64,000 bases of DNA from Thalia democratica (lineage: Eukaryota): the NCBI GenBank assembly GCA_965202585.1, contig OZ241830.1, positions 58,218,001-58,282,000 on the forward strand, given 5' to 3'. The notes below the pieces were generated by a model. The model searched no databases. It was not told where the DNA came from and was given only the letters and a program-made list of their open reading frames with translations. How positions within the stretch are numbered: position 1 is the stretch's first letter; every line of letters begins with the position of its first letter. Below, in pieces: positions 40,601-51,600 of the stretch. A program made the position numbers and the translations under genes.

Positions 40601-41717
40601 CAACTATCTGAATAACTTTCTCAGTATTAGGGTATGTTTCTTTTAGTTTATTTTCTTTTAAAGAAAACGTTTTAATGCAACTTTCTTCAACTGTTATGAT
40701 TGTCTGTAAAATGAAAATTGAAATAAGGTATATTTTTTATGATTATTTCCAAGAAATGTTTTGTAGTTGAACTAAAAAAAATAAAATAAACTCTGCTACA
40801 TTTTATTATTTGAAACACTTTTGTGTTTCAAACAACTTTTAGTTTAGCTTTATTAAAAATTACGCTTGCACAAAATCTAAAAACACTATTAATTAAACAA
40901 AAATTGTTAAGCGCTATATTAATAAAACTTTACATTAAATCAAATGTATATTTTACACCATTATTTTCAAAGAATGTCAATTTGATAAAATTTAATACAG
41001 TCAAAAAGCTACAATTTTTTACATTCAAGAAAAACAGTTTTTCAGGAAACAGCAAATAATCTAAATAATATTTTTAAATATAGTTTTGATTAGAATTAAA
41101 CTTTTAGTAATTTTCCTCATCAGTTCTCACTGAACTGATGACATCAAAAGTGCAAAACTATATTGCTTGTTAACTATAGAAAATTGTGGAAATTAACATA
41201 AGTTTGAAAAATATTATTACCAAAAAATTCAGATAAAAATTTAATAGTTTGATTTACTAGTATAACTTTTACTTAATAATTACAACTTTTTTAGAAGTTC
41301 AATATTTAAAAAGAATTATAGTTATATATAATCATTGACACCCGAAATAAGTAACAAACTCATACAAGCTTTTAACGTTAGCTTATCAATTATGTTTATT
41401 TTTTGGTTTATAGTCTATGCTTTAAAAATAAAATAAAAAAATATTTACTGTTTTAAAATAATGCATTTACTTGAAAAAAAGTTTATAAAATGTTAATATA
41501 TTTTAGTACTTGAATCTTTAAAACTAAAATACTATTTAATCTTAACATTAACAAAAAAAATAATACTAAAATATAACCAACATTTTTTAACTTGTTCCAG
41601 CACACATTTATAATGTTTTCATCTAAACACATTTTACTAACATGATGAACACCATGTTTTATAGTTGTCAGAACTTTTACATCTTTTTTATCCCTTGGAA
41701 GAAAGAGTACTGTGTCT
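25604..41717 (-). CDS. WDR97: WD repeat-containing protein 97-like (KIAA1875 family); 5' end unresolved
   Basis: Phase-consistent minus-strand exons: 41582-41717 (donor tentative), 40548-40703, 40414-40472, 40285-40342, 39771-39923, 38292-38359, 37870-38011, 37457-37533, 37134-37262, 36690-36744, 36206-36458, 35313-35430, 34784-34947, 34317-34505, 33263-33401, 32791-33048, 32254-32467, 32114-32183, 31691-31791, 30910-31086, 30437-30527, 30079-30255, 29688-29878, 29344-29538, 29056-29223, 28597-28734, 28246-28413, 26876-27060, 25604-25703 (TAA). Motifs collinear with WDR97 as I recall it: VTGSRDGSIKVW..EIKLVFVGH, CCGNDGSVRLVS, AVYCLP, KLVKVWKVYP, KLNGAPHSICFCN, SYIPNS, QKYFVP. Confidence 0.88.
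35183..35249 (+). ncRNA. Decayed type I hammerhead motif, antisense to WDR97
   Basis: Core remnant CAGAAG, perfect stem II GACTCTA/TAGAGTC, GAAA, stem III AGAT/ATCT, CTA triplet and partial stem I AGTAC/GTATT. Confidence 0.42.
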
Positions 41718-42745
41718 CTGATTATAAATATTTTTTATTATAACGAGCATTATAACAAATTGAAGTAATGCTAATTTATTCAGTAGTAAAAAATTAAATA
41801 ATTTTGCTTGCTTAACAATAAAAAAAACACGAACTCTTGCAAAACTTTTTTAAACTATAAACAGTAACTTAGGATAGGATCTAACATCTAATTCATGAAT
41901 TTTGATAACTTATGCTGTTGTGAGATCTAATCATAGATAAGATTGATTGTATAAGGATATATGCTTATGTAGTTTAGGTATTCCATACATCCCAGCTCTC
42001 ACTGAATGTATGAGTCTAATAACATGATAAACTGTTTGGTGGATTTTGTTTTTAATAACTTAGTGTTTTAATATATTGACAATGTTCTTTTCTGTTTTCG
42101 TCAAGGTGTCAAACTTACTAACAGGTCTTAATATTGTGAGTTTACAACTTTTGTACTGACAAAATATTTAGCAAGTTATACTAGCATATACCAAAAATGA
42201 CAACTTGCCTGGCCTGGTAGGCATCAATAATTCATTGTTTTTAATCTTAAAAATGGCCTAAATATTTTTTTTAAATTTGTTAGACAACTCTCATACCAGA
42301 GTTCTTTAAGCCAGATGTTTTGTAAAATTTCGATCAGTTGTTACACTAATGTGATTTAAATCTTAGAGATCAAAATAAAATATCTTGTTGTAAAATCGAA
42401 ACAACTGATTTTGTAAGTGAATTAATTGTTTTACTTAAGGTGTTTAGTTTCAAATAAAATAATATGCGCATCTCTACTGAGTCTATATAATATTTTAATA
42501 AAAACTGTGAAAACGTTTTGTACAAAAATTATTTAACGAAATAGAAAACTTAACATAGATACACATTTATAAATACAAAATATTTTCAAACATGTAACTA
42601 AAATAAATTATCTAAGTAAAAATTGAATTTAAATACTTTTAATTTTTAAAATAGCTTAGGAATAACAGTAAATTTTTTTGTTTAAATTTAACTTACAAGA
42701 TTAAACTAGAGTAAGTGAAACTTATTTATATTTTTTAATAAATTA

Positions 42746-42833
42746 GAGCATATGAGGGGTAAATCATATTTTTACAACTTGATCTTATTTTGTTGAGTAT
42801 TAATTAAGCAACTTGTATCCCCTATGTCCATTA
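42746..42833. mobile_element. Very short deletion derivative of the Kolobok-like family
   Basis: One end is the reverse complement of the family's right end (tttacaacttgatcttattttg). The other end is cccctatgtccattaa. Confidence 0.4.
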
Positions 42834-43794
42834 AATAAATGAATACAAAAACACAAAGGTATTTATTTTCTAATTAATTAACCTTAAAAGAGCCCATAAC
42901 TTTTGTGCTTTGTTTTTTCTTCTTATATCTCTATAGCTTTTATCTTTAGCTATATACTTGGTCTCTAGCATTATCTGTTAAAACAACAATATTTAGATTT
43001 AAAGTAAACTTTGGATATTTATTTATTTTTTTTAATATACAAATTCGTTTAACAATTCAAGTTAACAAGTGTTTTAACATTAAATTGTAACTTGTTAAAA
43101 TAATAGCATAGTTATTTTTAAAACTGCTAACATTTTACTTAAAATCATAATGTCAATCAAAAATTTCTGCTTTAATTTGCTAGGGTCATTTAGATTAGTA
43201 AACACTTATCTAGCTTACTGGTAACTACGGCTCCACTTTTGGTTAATCCCCTTTTTAAAACTAAACTAGACTAGAATATATCAAGTAGAAAGCAAAACAA
43301 AAATATTTAAAGAAAACTTTAACAACGGGTTCATTTAAATAATGGTTTATTGAACAAAAACGAAAAATTGCTCAAAATTTTTAGGTTAAAGGACCTGGAT
43401 ACGCAAAAAAGACCTCTCGGTTATCGAGTTGCATACCAAACTTAATCAAAATTATAATGAGCTACAAATGAAAAAAAAAACTTTACAATCAAAATTTAAA
43501 TTCTAAAACTAAAAAATTTATAAAAATACGACTATTAAACTATACAACATTAAATATTTCTCTAAGAAAATAAAAATTTATACACACAACGCATATATCT
43601 AACATTATATACACATTAAGTATATATTAAACTCTACGTCAAAAGGTAAAGTTTCTATGTGAAATGTTTTTGATTTTGAAACTTATCAAAAATTTTAGCA
43701 AATAGTTTAACCTTTTATATAATTTAAAAATTAAAAAAAATATATTAAATTTGAAGTTTTTAATAAAAATATATGTTTATGAATTTAGACTCTG

Positions 43795-44075
43795 TTGAGC
43801 ACAAATGCCACTGAGTTTATTGGGAGAACTACGCAACGATTCCTTATAAGAAGGCACCAACATTTTAACAACGCCAAAAAAAACTGGATGATCTATGGGA
43901 CAAACAAGCCAACAAAAAGTCAATCTGCAATAGGTGAACATTTGTTAAATAACTAAGAATGCTCAAAAAACTATAACGATAATATGTTTTCCATTGTTTG
44001 TAAAGGACGTAATATGTATCATTTAAGCGTTTAAAACCTTTATTTATAAAAACTAATAAGCCAAGTTTACGCAAA
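43795..44075 (+). mobile_element. Decayed Penelope-like element GIY-YIG endonuclease fragment
   Basis: Translation EFIGRTTQRFLIRRHQHF..SQSAIGEHLLNN*ECSKNYNDNMFSIV..HLSV(frameshift)PLFIKTNKPSL matches the YIGxT/SAIxEHL/FxIL/LExLFI pattern of PLE endonucleases. It contains a stop and a frameshift. Confidence 0.8.
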
Positions 44076-44809
44076 CAATTTTTTTTAATAATTATAATTT
44101 GTTTAAATTATTGTTAATTCGCTACTAAGTTTTGTTGTTGTTGTTTAATTTAATTTTATTTAAAGAAAGTTTGAATAAGACTGTTTCCTCTTATTAAAAT
44201 TGCTATTAATGCTTTCAATTTCTAGTACTTAAGCTTTATACTTTAAATTTTGTTAAATAACTTTATATTAGCATCTTACAATTTTATTATTTTTCGGGAA
44301 CGGATTCTAAACCTCGGTTTATATACTTTACTTATATTAAACTCATACTATGATATAACCATAATTATATAAATGAAATAAAATCTTTACTATTTTTGTT
44401 AGAACAAGTTTAACTTAAAATTAATACAGATAAAAAGATAACTAAATAAAATTTAAATAAAAATTTGAGAAAAAATTCATTTTGCAATTGATTTTATTTA
44501 ATTTTTTGTGAACTTGAAATTTTTTAATCAACGTTTTTCTAAAGTTCATGTTCATTATTAGATAATTAAACAGAGTTGGGTAAAACAGTAAACTTAACAT
44601 CACACGCGATCAATTCCTATCTAATATGATTTTTCGTACGTTATTTATTTATATTTTTACTTCTTTTTAACCCTAAAGGCCTAAACCCTAACTTTAAGTC
44701 GATAAGCGATTTTACATTTGATTTCGCGAAAAAAATTACTTAAATATTACAATAAATTATAATTGAAATTTTTATCTCTGATAGTGTAGTTATAATTTAC
44801 TAATTAAAC

Positions 44810-45491
44810 TAGGGGTGGGCAACGTACGGCCCGCGGGCCAGATCCGGCCCGCAAATAAAAATGACTGGCCCGCAAGCGAAGTGACAGACCCGCGAAGGGT
44901 CAATATTACAAAGTTTTTATAAAATTTTGCATCATATTTTTACAAATCAAAACTGTAAGAATTCGACTTCAAAAACATGCTAAAAAATGACTTTGAAAAT
45001 AAATGTATTTTAAGAAATATACCATTATGTCCTAATACTTTGTGTTGTTCTAACTTAGTTGGAATATCGTTTTGTCAATTTACCCCAAGCAAAAAGTTTT
45101 TTTAAGTACGATGTTTTACATGCGTACCTTTGTCAATTACAATGTCAATTGTATTTATAGACATTGTTTCAACATCTGACATGTCTAAATATATATCTTA
45201 AGTTGTCAGACTTGAGAAGGTTTGTGAATTTTTAGGATTCAAAAAAGTGATCTACTGTATCAATATAGCTAGATTTCGGCTGGATCTGAAGCTAACAATT
45301 TTATTAAAATCCGACCGGATCCGGATCTCGACTTAAAATTAATATCTAGTCGGATTCGGATCTAAAAAGTGATTGTTCGACTGGATTCGGACGCTGGATC
45401 CGGTAAATAACTAATTCAAACTGCTCCAGCCCGCAAAAGACAAAATATTTCTTGATCCGGCCCGTTGATTGAAAAACGTTGCCCACCCCTA
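44810..45491. mobile_element. Non-autonomous hAT-type MITE
   Basis: TIRs TAGGGGTGGGCAAC/GTTGCCCACCCCTA, subterminal GGCCCG repeats, and an 8-bp TSD aattaaac/agttaaac (7 of 8 match). Confidence 0.85.
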
Positions 45492-45666
45492 AGTTAAACA
45501 TTTGAATTTTAACTAGTTTTGTCCCTGATATTATTTACTAATTATAGTAGGGGATTCCATTCAATCTATAAATTGACTCGTTGTTACAGACGCTTGAGTA
45601 TTAAATATAAAAGCAAGAAAGTTGGTATTCACACAAATTCAGCAATAAAAAACAAAGGTTACTAAA

Positions 45667-48600
45667 ATGAGCAAATCAAAAGCAAGGATACATTCGTATA
45701 TGAAACACAATAAAATAAGTGATTTATTTGAGGTAAGCTGTTTTAGGTTGTATAATTAAAAAAAAAAAAAATTTATTAAAGAATTAAGTATTTTTAGTAT
45801 AATATAATATACTAGGGGTCCTAGTGATGGTTTTGAAAACTCCTGAGTTGAACTTGCAAGGTGGACACATATAAAAAATTGTTAAGGTTGTAATATCAAA
45901 ATCTGCTACTTAACATATACACAAATAAAATAATTTAAACTATTATGTAAAAATATTATAATAAAATGTATGTTTATTTAATTCTTTAAAGACTTTTAAA
46001 TAAAACTCATTAAAGTATGTCTTAATTTATGAAAGAGTTAAATAAACATACTTCTTTCTCTAGAAGTTGAGATCTTTTTATTAGTTTTTGAAAAATCAAA
46101 ACATATAATAACAAAATTAAAAAAAACATAAGTATACAAGCCAAATTTTATTCATTTGTGTCTTTTTAGGTAACATTTTCCTAGGCTACAATTTTGTACA
46201 CTACTGTACAAAGTTTTAACTAGTGTACAAAATTTGGGGTAGCTGTCAAATTTGCACAAGCATACAAAATTGCACAAGGGGACAAAGTTGCACGAGTGCA
46301 CAAAATTGCACAAAGATACTTTTGCACGAGGGGATAAAATTGCCCAAAGATAAATTTTCACAAAGACTTTTGCATAAAGGGTCACTTTTGCATGAAGAAA
46401 TTTTTTTTTTAATTTATTTAAAATTTTTATTAATTTTATATTTTTTTTCTAGTTTTTTTTTACTATCACTGTTACCCCTAACCCTTATCCTTGGTCACTA
46501 ACTTTTTTTCCTTTTTACTTTTTATTAGTTTATCTTTTAGTTTTTTTTCTGAATTTTTTAAATATATTTTTTCTGTATTTTTTTTACTCTTTTTGTGCAA
46601 AAATGTAACTTGTTCAAAATTGACCCTTGGTGCAAAATTGTCTTCGTGCATTTTTGTTTCCTTGTGAAATGTTGTACCCTTGAGCAAATTTGTCTTTGTG
46701 CAAAAGTGTTTTCGTGCAATTTTGTTCTTGTGTAAAGTAAATTCGCGCAATTTAGTCTTCATGGCAATTTTGACCCCTTCCCATTGTGATTACTAATTAA
46801 AAAGTTTCTGTACATAATTTAAAACTAGAATAAAATAGTTTCATTAAGATTAAACATAAACTATATGCCTGAAAATTTTTAAATAAGAAATCATATGATA
46901 TTAGTTCATACTTTATAAAAGTAACTATAGAAGTTTAATTAATTTTTTTTCGCATTTTTTTATGGTTTTTTTTCATCTGTACTAGAAAAATACTATATAA
47001 AAATAAAGTTTCTTAAGTTTACTTATTTTGTACAAATTTTCTTAAAAAAGAAAATTTTGATTTTTTTTAATGTACTAAACATTTTTCAGTTTGTTAATTT
47101 TTTTTAGTCTTAGTTTCTTTCTGTGTGTATTGGGATAAAATAAAAATTATACATACATCACAACAGTACAGTTATTCAACCTATCAAATAAATATATTGT
47201 TCCAACTAAAACTCTGAATATTGAGATCCTGTATCCAAACAATTATACAACTTTAATTTATTATATTGTTGTTAATACTTAGATGTTGAAGATTATAATA
47301 TTTCTACTTTTTTAACTTGTGACTTAAAATTAATTCACAGTATATTTTTACATTACTAAAAAAAATTAAAGCCAGTTAGGTTTAGTTTTACACAAAAAAG
47401 AAAGCATTTAATAAATTACAAATAACTTTTTTTTTTGATTCAGTAAATATTTATATTAACTTTTCATTTACAAAATGTAAATTTAAGTTTATCAGAATTT
47501 CATACAATTTTTTTGGATATTTTTTGTTTGCTCAACATGTTTAAGATATAAAATTTTAAATTATTAAATAGATTTTAAATTTCATAAAAATCATTGTTTA
47601 GACAACAATTTATTATAACTTGAATGAAAAGCAAATCAAATTCATTGACTGGTTAATAAATAATCTTATTTAAATATACACAATTTAAATTGTGTATAAT
47701 ATTTTTCAGGAGCTTATGGGGAAACTGATTCACGAGTTACCATCCAATCCTGTAGTTTTTCTTATAAAGTATCTACAAAACAAGGTATATTTTTGTCTGT
47801 TGCTTTGTTGTATTATTATATAATCTTGCTTAAAAATTACAATATTTTAAGTATTTTTGTTAAATAAGTTTTTAAAAATTGTTATTATTAACATTAATAA
47901 AATGGTATAAACTCTTTAAATTCTAAGAACATTAAAACTGTCATGTCCTATTTTTACAATCTATGTGTTAAAGTTTAGTATTTTTATTGTTCAGTTTTAT
48001 TGTGGAACAGGCTCTTAAATGAAATAGTTTCATGTTAAAAAATTGCTCTGTGTTGATTAGACCTTTAAAAATTTAATTTAATAAAATGTTCATCAGTAAA
48101 AATTTTAAGTTAATAGTACAGCTTTTTCTATTTCAATAATTGATATAATTTTTTTTAATGGTTTAACTTGTAATCTTATTTCATTTGTAAACAAGGCCTT
48201 TCTTCTATTTTTTTTTTGATTTTTGGCATTGTATATGAATTTTGTTTTTAACTACATATACCCTTATAAAAAGCAGTTTATAAATAATATTTGTATTAAA
48301 GGGCAAATTTGTTTTCTAAATTATAATATTTTGGAAATGGGTCAATTTTGCACAAGTGACTTTTTTGCACGGAGGGTCAATTTTGCACAAGTGATAGTTT
48401 TGCATGGAGGGTCATTTTTGCACAACAGTGAAAAAAAAATTAAAAAAAAAACAGAAAAATAAATTTAAAGATTAATTATATAAAAAAACAAAAAAAAAAG
48501 TTATCGACCGAGGTTAAGGGTTAGGTGTAACAGTGATAGTAAAAATAAAACTAATAAAAACTACTATTAAAAAAGAAAAGAAAAATATATTAATAAAAAT

Positions 48601-51600
48601 AAATTAATTAAAAGAAAGCTACCGACCGATGGTAAGGGTTAGGGCAACAGTGATAGTAAAAATAAAATAAAAAACAAATAAAAATTACTAATAAGAAAAA
48701 ATTAATAAAAAAAAAACAAAAAAAAAACAAGTTACCAACAGAAGGTAAGGGTTAGTGGTAACAGTGAAAGTAAAAAAAAAATTTAACTAATAAAATTTTT
48801 TTATAAAAATTAAAAACTAATGAAAAAAATATTAAAAATAAGTTTCAACCCGTGCAAAAATTTATATGTGCAAAAAATTACCCTTTGTGCAAACATATCT
48901 TTGTGCAATTTAGTTCCCTCGTGCAATTTTGTCCACTTGTGCAAATTTGACACCTACCCTGTAATTTTAAGTTTTTTATAGTGTTTATCTTTAATTTTCC
49001 ACTTTTTTGTGTGTCTTTAAAGTGTAAGTGGCCCATGTTTTGATGACTTGGTCCAGTGTTGGACAATAAACTACAAATAATAATAAAATATTTTATTATT
49101 GTAATAAAACAAAAATTGAAATTCTTTACAGAACTCTGGAGAAACAACTGAAACTTATAGAGAAAGTGTTCTTTTAAAAAATCAACTTTCTAAAAGTAAG
49201 TTTAAATATGATCTGCAACATATTTTTATGTAAAAATTATTAAATAAATTATGAGATTTTAGAGTGTAGTTGATACAGATAATTGAAAAAAATAGAGGTT
49301 GTAAATATTTTTAAGGTACTTTTAATAAGAATTAGTTAAATAACTGTAATTACATACTTAATTGTTATTATTTTTAGTTTTTTATTTTACATGTATATTT
49401 TATTAACTTAATTTGGTTAAAAATTTTGATTAATTTTAAATGATTTTAAATTCTTTTAGCACAACCATTTCGTAATCAAGGAAACACCACTTCAAACCAA
49501 TTAACAAAAAACCGAAAGTATGACAAGCCTTGGTTGAAAACTACTAGACACCAAAAAAGCAAACAAGGTTTTTTCAAAAAACTTTATTTTGTTTTTGTGT
49601 TAGCTTATTTTTAACATTTAAGTTAAAATAATGTCCTAAACAGTATTTAGCTTCTTCATTTTTTACTTAAAGCTTATAGCCATATGCTTTGGTATCAAAC
49701 ATGTATGTGAAACTCTAACATATATAAATAAACAGTAAAGTGAGAAATACCACAAAAGAGTTCCTAGCCAAATATTTCTTTTAAGAATAAAGCTAAGAAC
49801 ATAAACATATTGTTAGAAATTTTAAACATAGTAAAAAGAATGTTAGTCTGTATTGTCGACTATTAGCAAATCGTTACATTTTGTATAATTTTAGTTTTAG
49901 TAGCTTAATTTTCACTAATAATAGTTTTCAGACTTGTCAAAAACCGCAGATGATGTTTTGTTACAGCATAAAGCATCTGAAACGCAACCACAGCAAATTG
50001 AAAATACTGAAGTTATTTCCATAGAAGAAAAACGTAAGAAAACTTTTGCTAAAGAAAAACAGTTTTCAAGCTCAAAGATTTTTGGTAAAAAGAATTACAA
50101 AAGACAGTATGATGAAAATGAACTTAATTGCAAAGATGGTAGTTTGAAAAATTAGTTTTTGGTTTTCTACATTTTAAAAAACTAAGCTTTACTTTTGAAC
50201 AAATTTAGTTAATATTTTTAATCATTTTAATTTAAATATAGAATACTAATTTTTAAGTCTGAAAGAAATTTTATTAAATTTTTAAAAATTACTTTGAAGA
50301 TGTTGAGAATCAATCTCAAGCTTTAACTTCTGTGAAAAAGCTTTCGGCCAAAAAATCTAAAAAGCACAAACAACAGTTACTAAAGTAAGTTAAATTGTGT
50401 AAAACATTCGTTTTTCAATATAATTTAAATTGAAAAAATTATGTATATATAAAAAGAATTGAATTCGACAAACTTAATCAACTTCCACAGAGCCCACTAG
50501 AAGGGCTTTAAAATAGTTTATTTCAAATTGTTAAATTCAAAAAACAGCAGAATATTACAAGCAATTTTATTGTTTCTATGAAACAATTGTACTGTTTTTT
50601 GAATTCGACAATTCGCACTAAACTTGTATATATGTATATTTATTAATAAAACACAACATTTTACAAATACAATTGTTTCTCTATTCTGTTAAACAGAACA
50701 GAACAGATCTATATATATATATTTATTCATTTGATTATATAAAAAAACAATAGTTTTATACGACCGTTTCGTATATGTGACATATTACCTCATATACTCA
50801 TTGGTAAATTAAAGTTTATTAAATGTTGAAAAGAAATTTAGAACTTGATAGTTTTATAATTATTATGACGTATTAATAATGAAGGTTTTTGTACAGTAAG
50901 TTAAGTTTGAAAAAATACGCTGAACTAGTTAGTTTGAAAATTTATGCATTTTGAAAAGTTTGGAAAGGTTGTATTAGAAAAATGTTTTAAACTGTATTAG
51001 AAAAAATGTTTTAAACTATTCGTCTTCGCTGCTTTGATTTAGTTTTTTAGTTAGTTTTAATTTTGCTAAAAAAGTTTTTTTTTTTTGGTTATGGATGCAT
51101 ATAAATTGTCTTTCGCTTTTCTTGTTTATTGTTATTTTCTTATCTGATTTTTCGATTTCTATTTTTTCTAAGTTACAAAGTTTGCAGCCGAATTTGGTAT
51201 TGATAAGAACGTAACACTAAACAAGAAAAGCGAAAGACAAAACATATGCATCCATTATCAAAAATACTTTTTTATAAAAATTAAAACCAACTAAATATTA
51301 AAACAAAATAAAATTGAAGCGGCAAACACGAGTATTTTATAACATTTTCCCAAAAGTCTAAAAAAATTTTTTCTAATAGCTTAAAACATTTTTCCAAAAC
51401 AACCTTTCTAAACTTTCCTAAAAAGCATAAATTAACAATCACAGCGTATTATTTCAAATTCAGCTAATCGTACAATAAACTGTACCATTACTACGTCACA
51501 ATTATTATAAAAAAATTAAAATCAAATTTCTGTTTACTATTATAATAAACTGTAACTTACTGAGGATCACATGAAATTTTACATTTCATGTGTGAAACAG

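Noticed and set aside
41117-41141. CTGATGA inside a perfect 10-bp hairpin
   Set aside because: No downstream GAAA or stem III.
41960-42360. Candidate further 5' exons of WDR97
   Set aside because: No combination gave an open, in-phase model with GT donors.
46152-49147. ORFs within the TTTGCAC-repeat elements
   Set aside because: They are translations of MITE repeats. The arrays are not CRISPR: there are no unique spacers and the context is eukaryotic.
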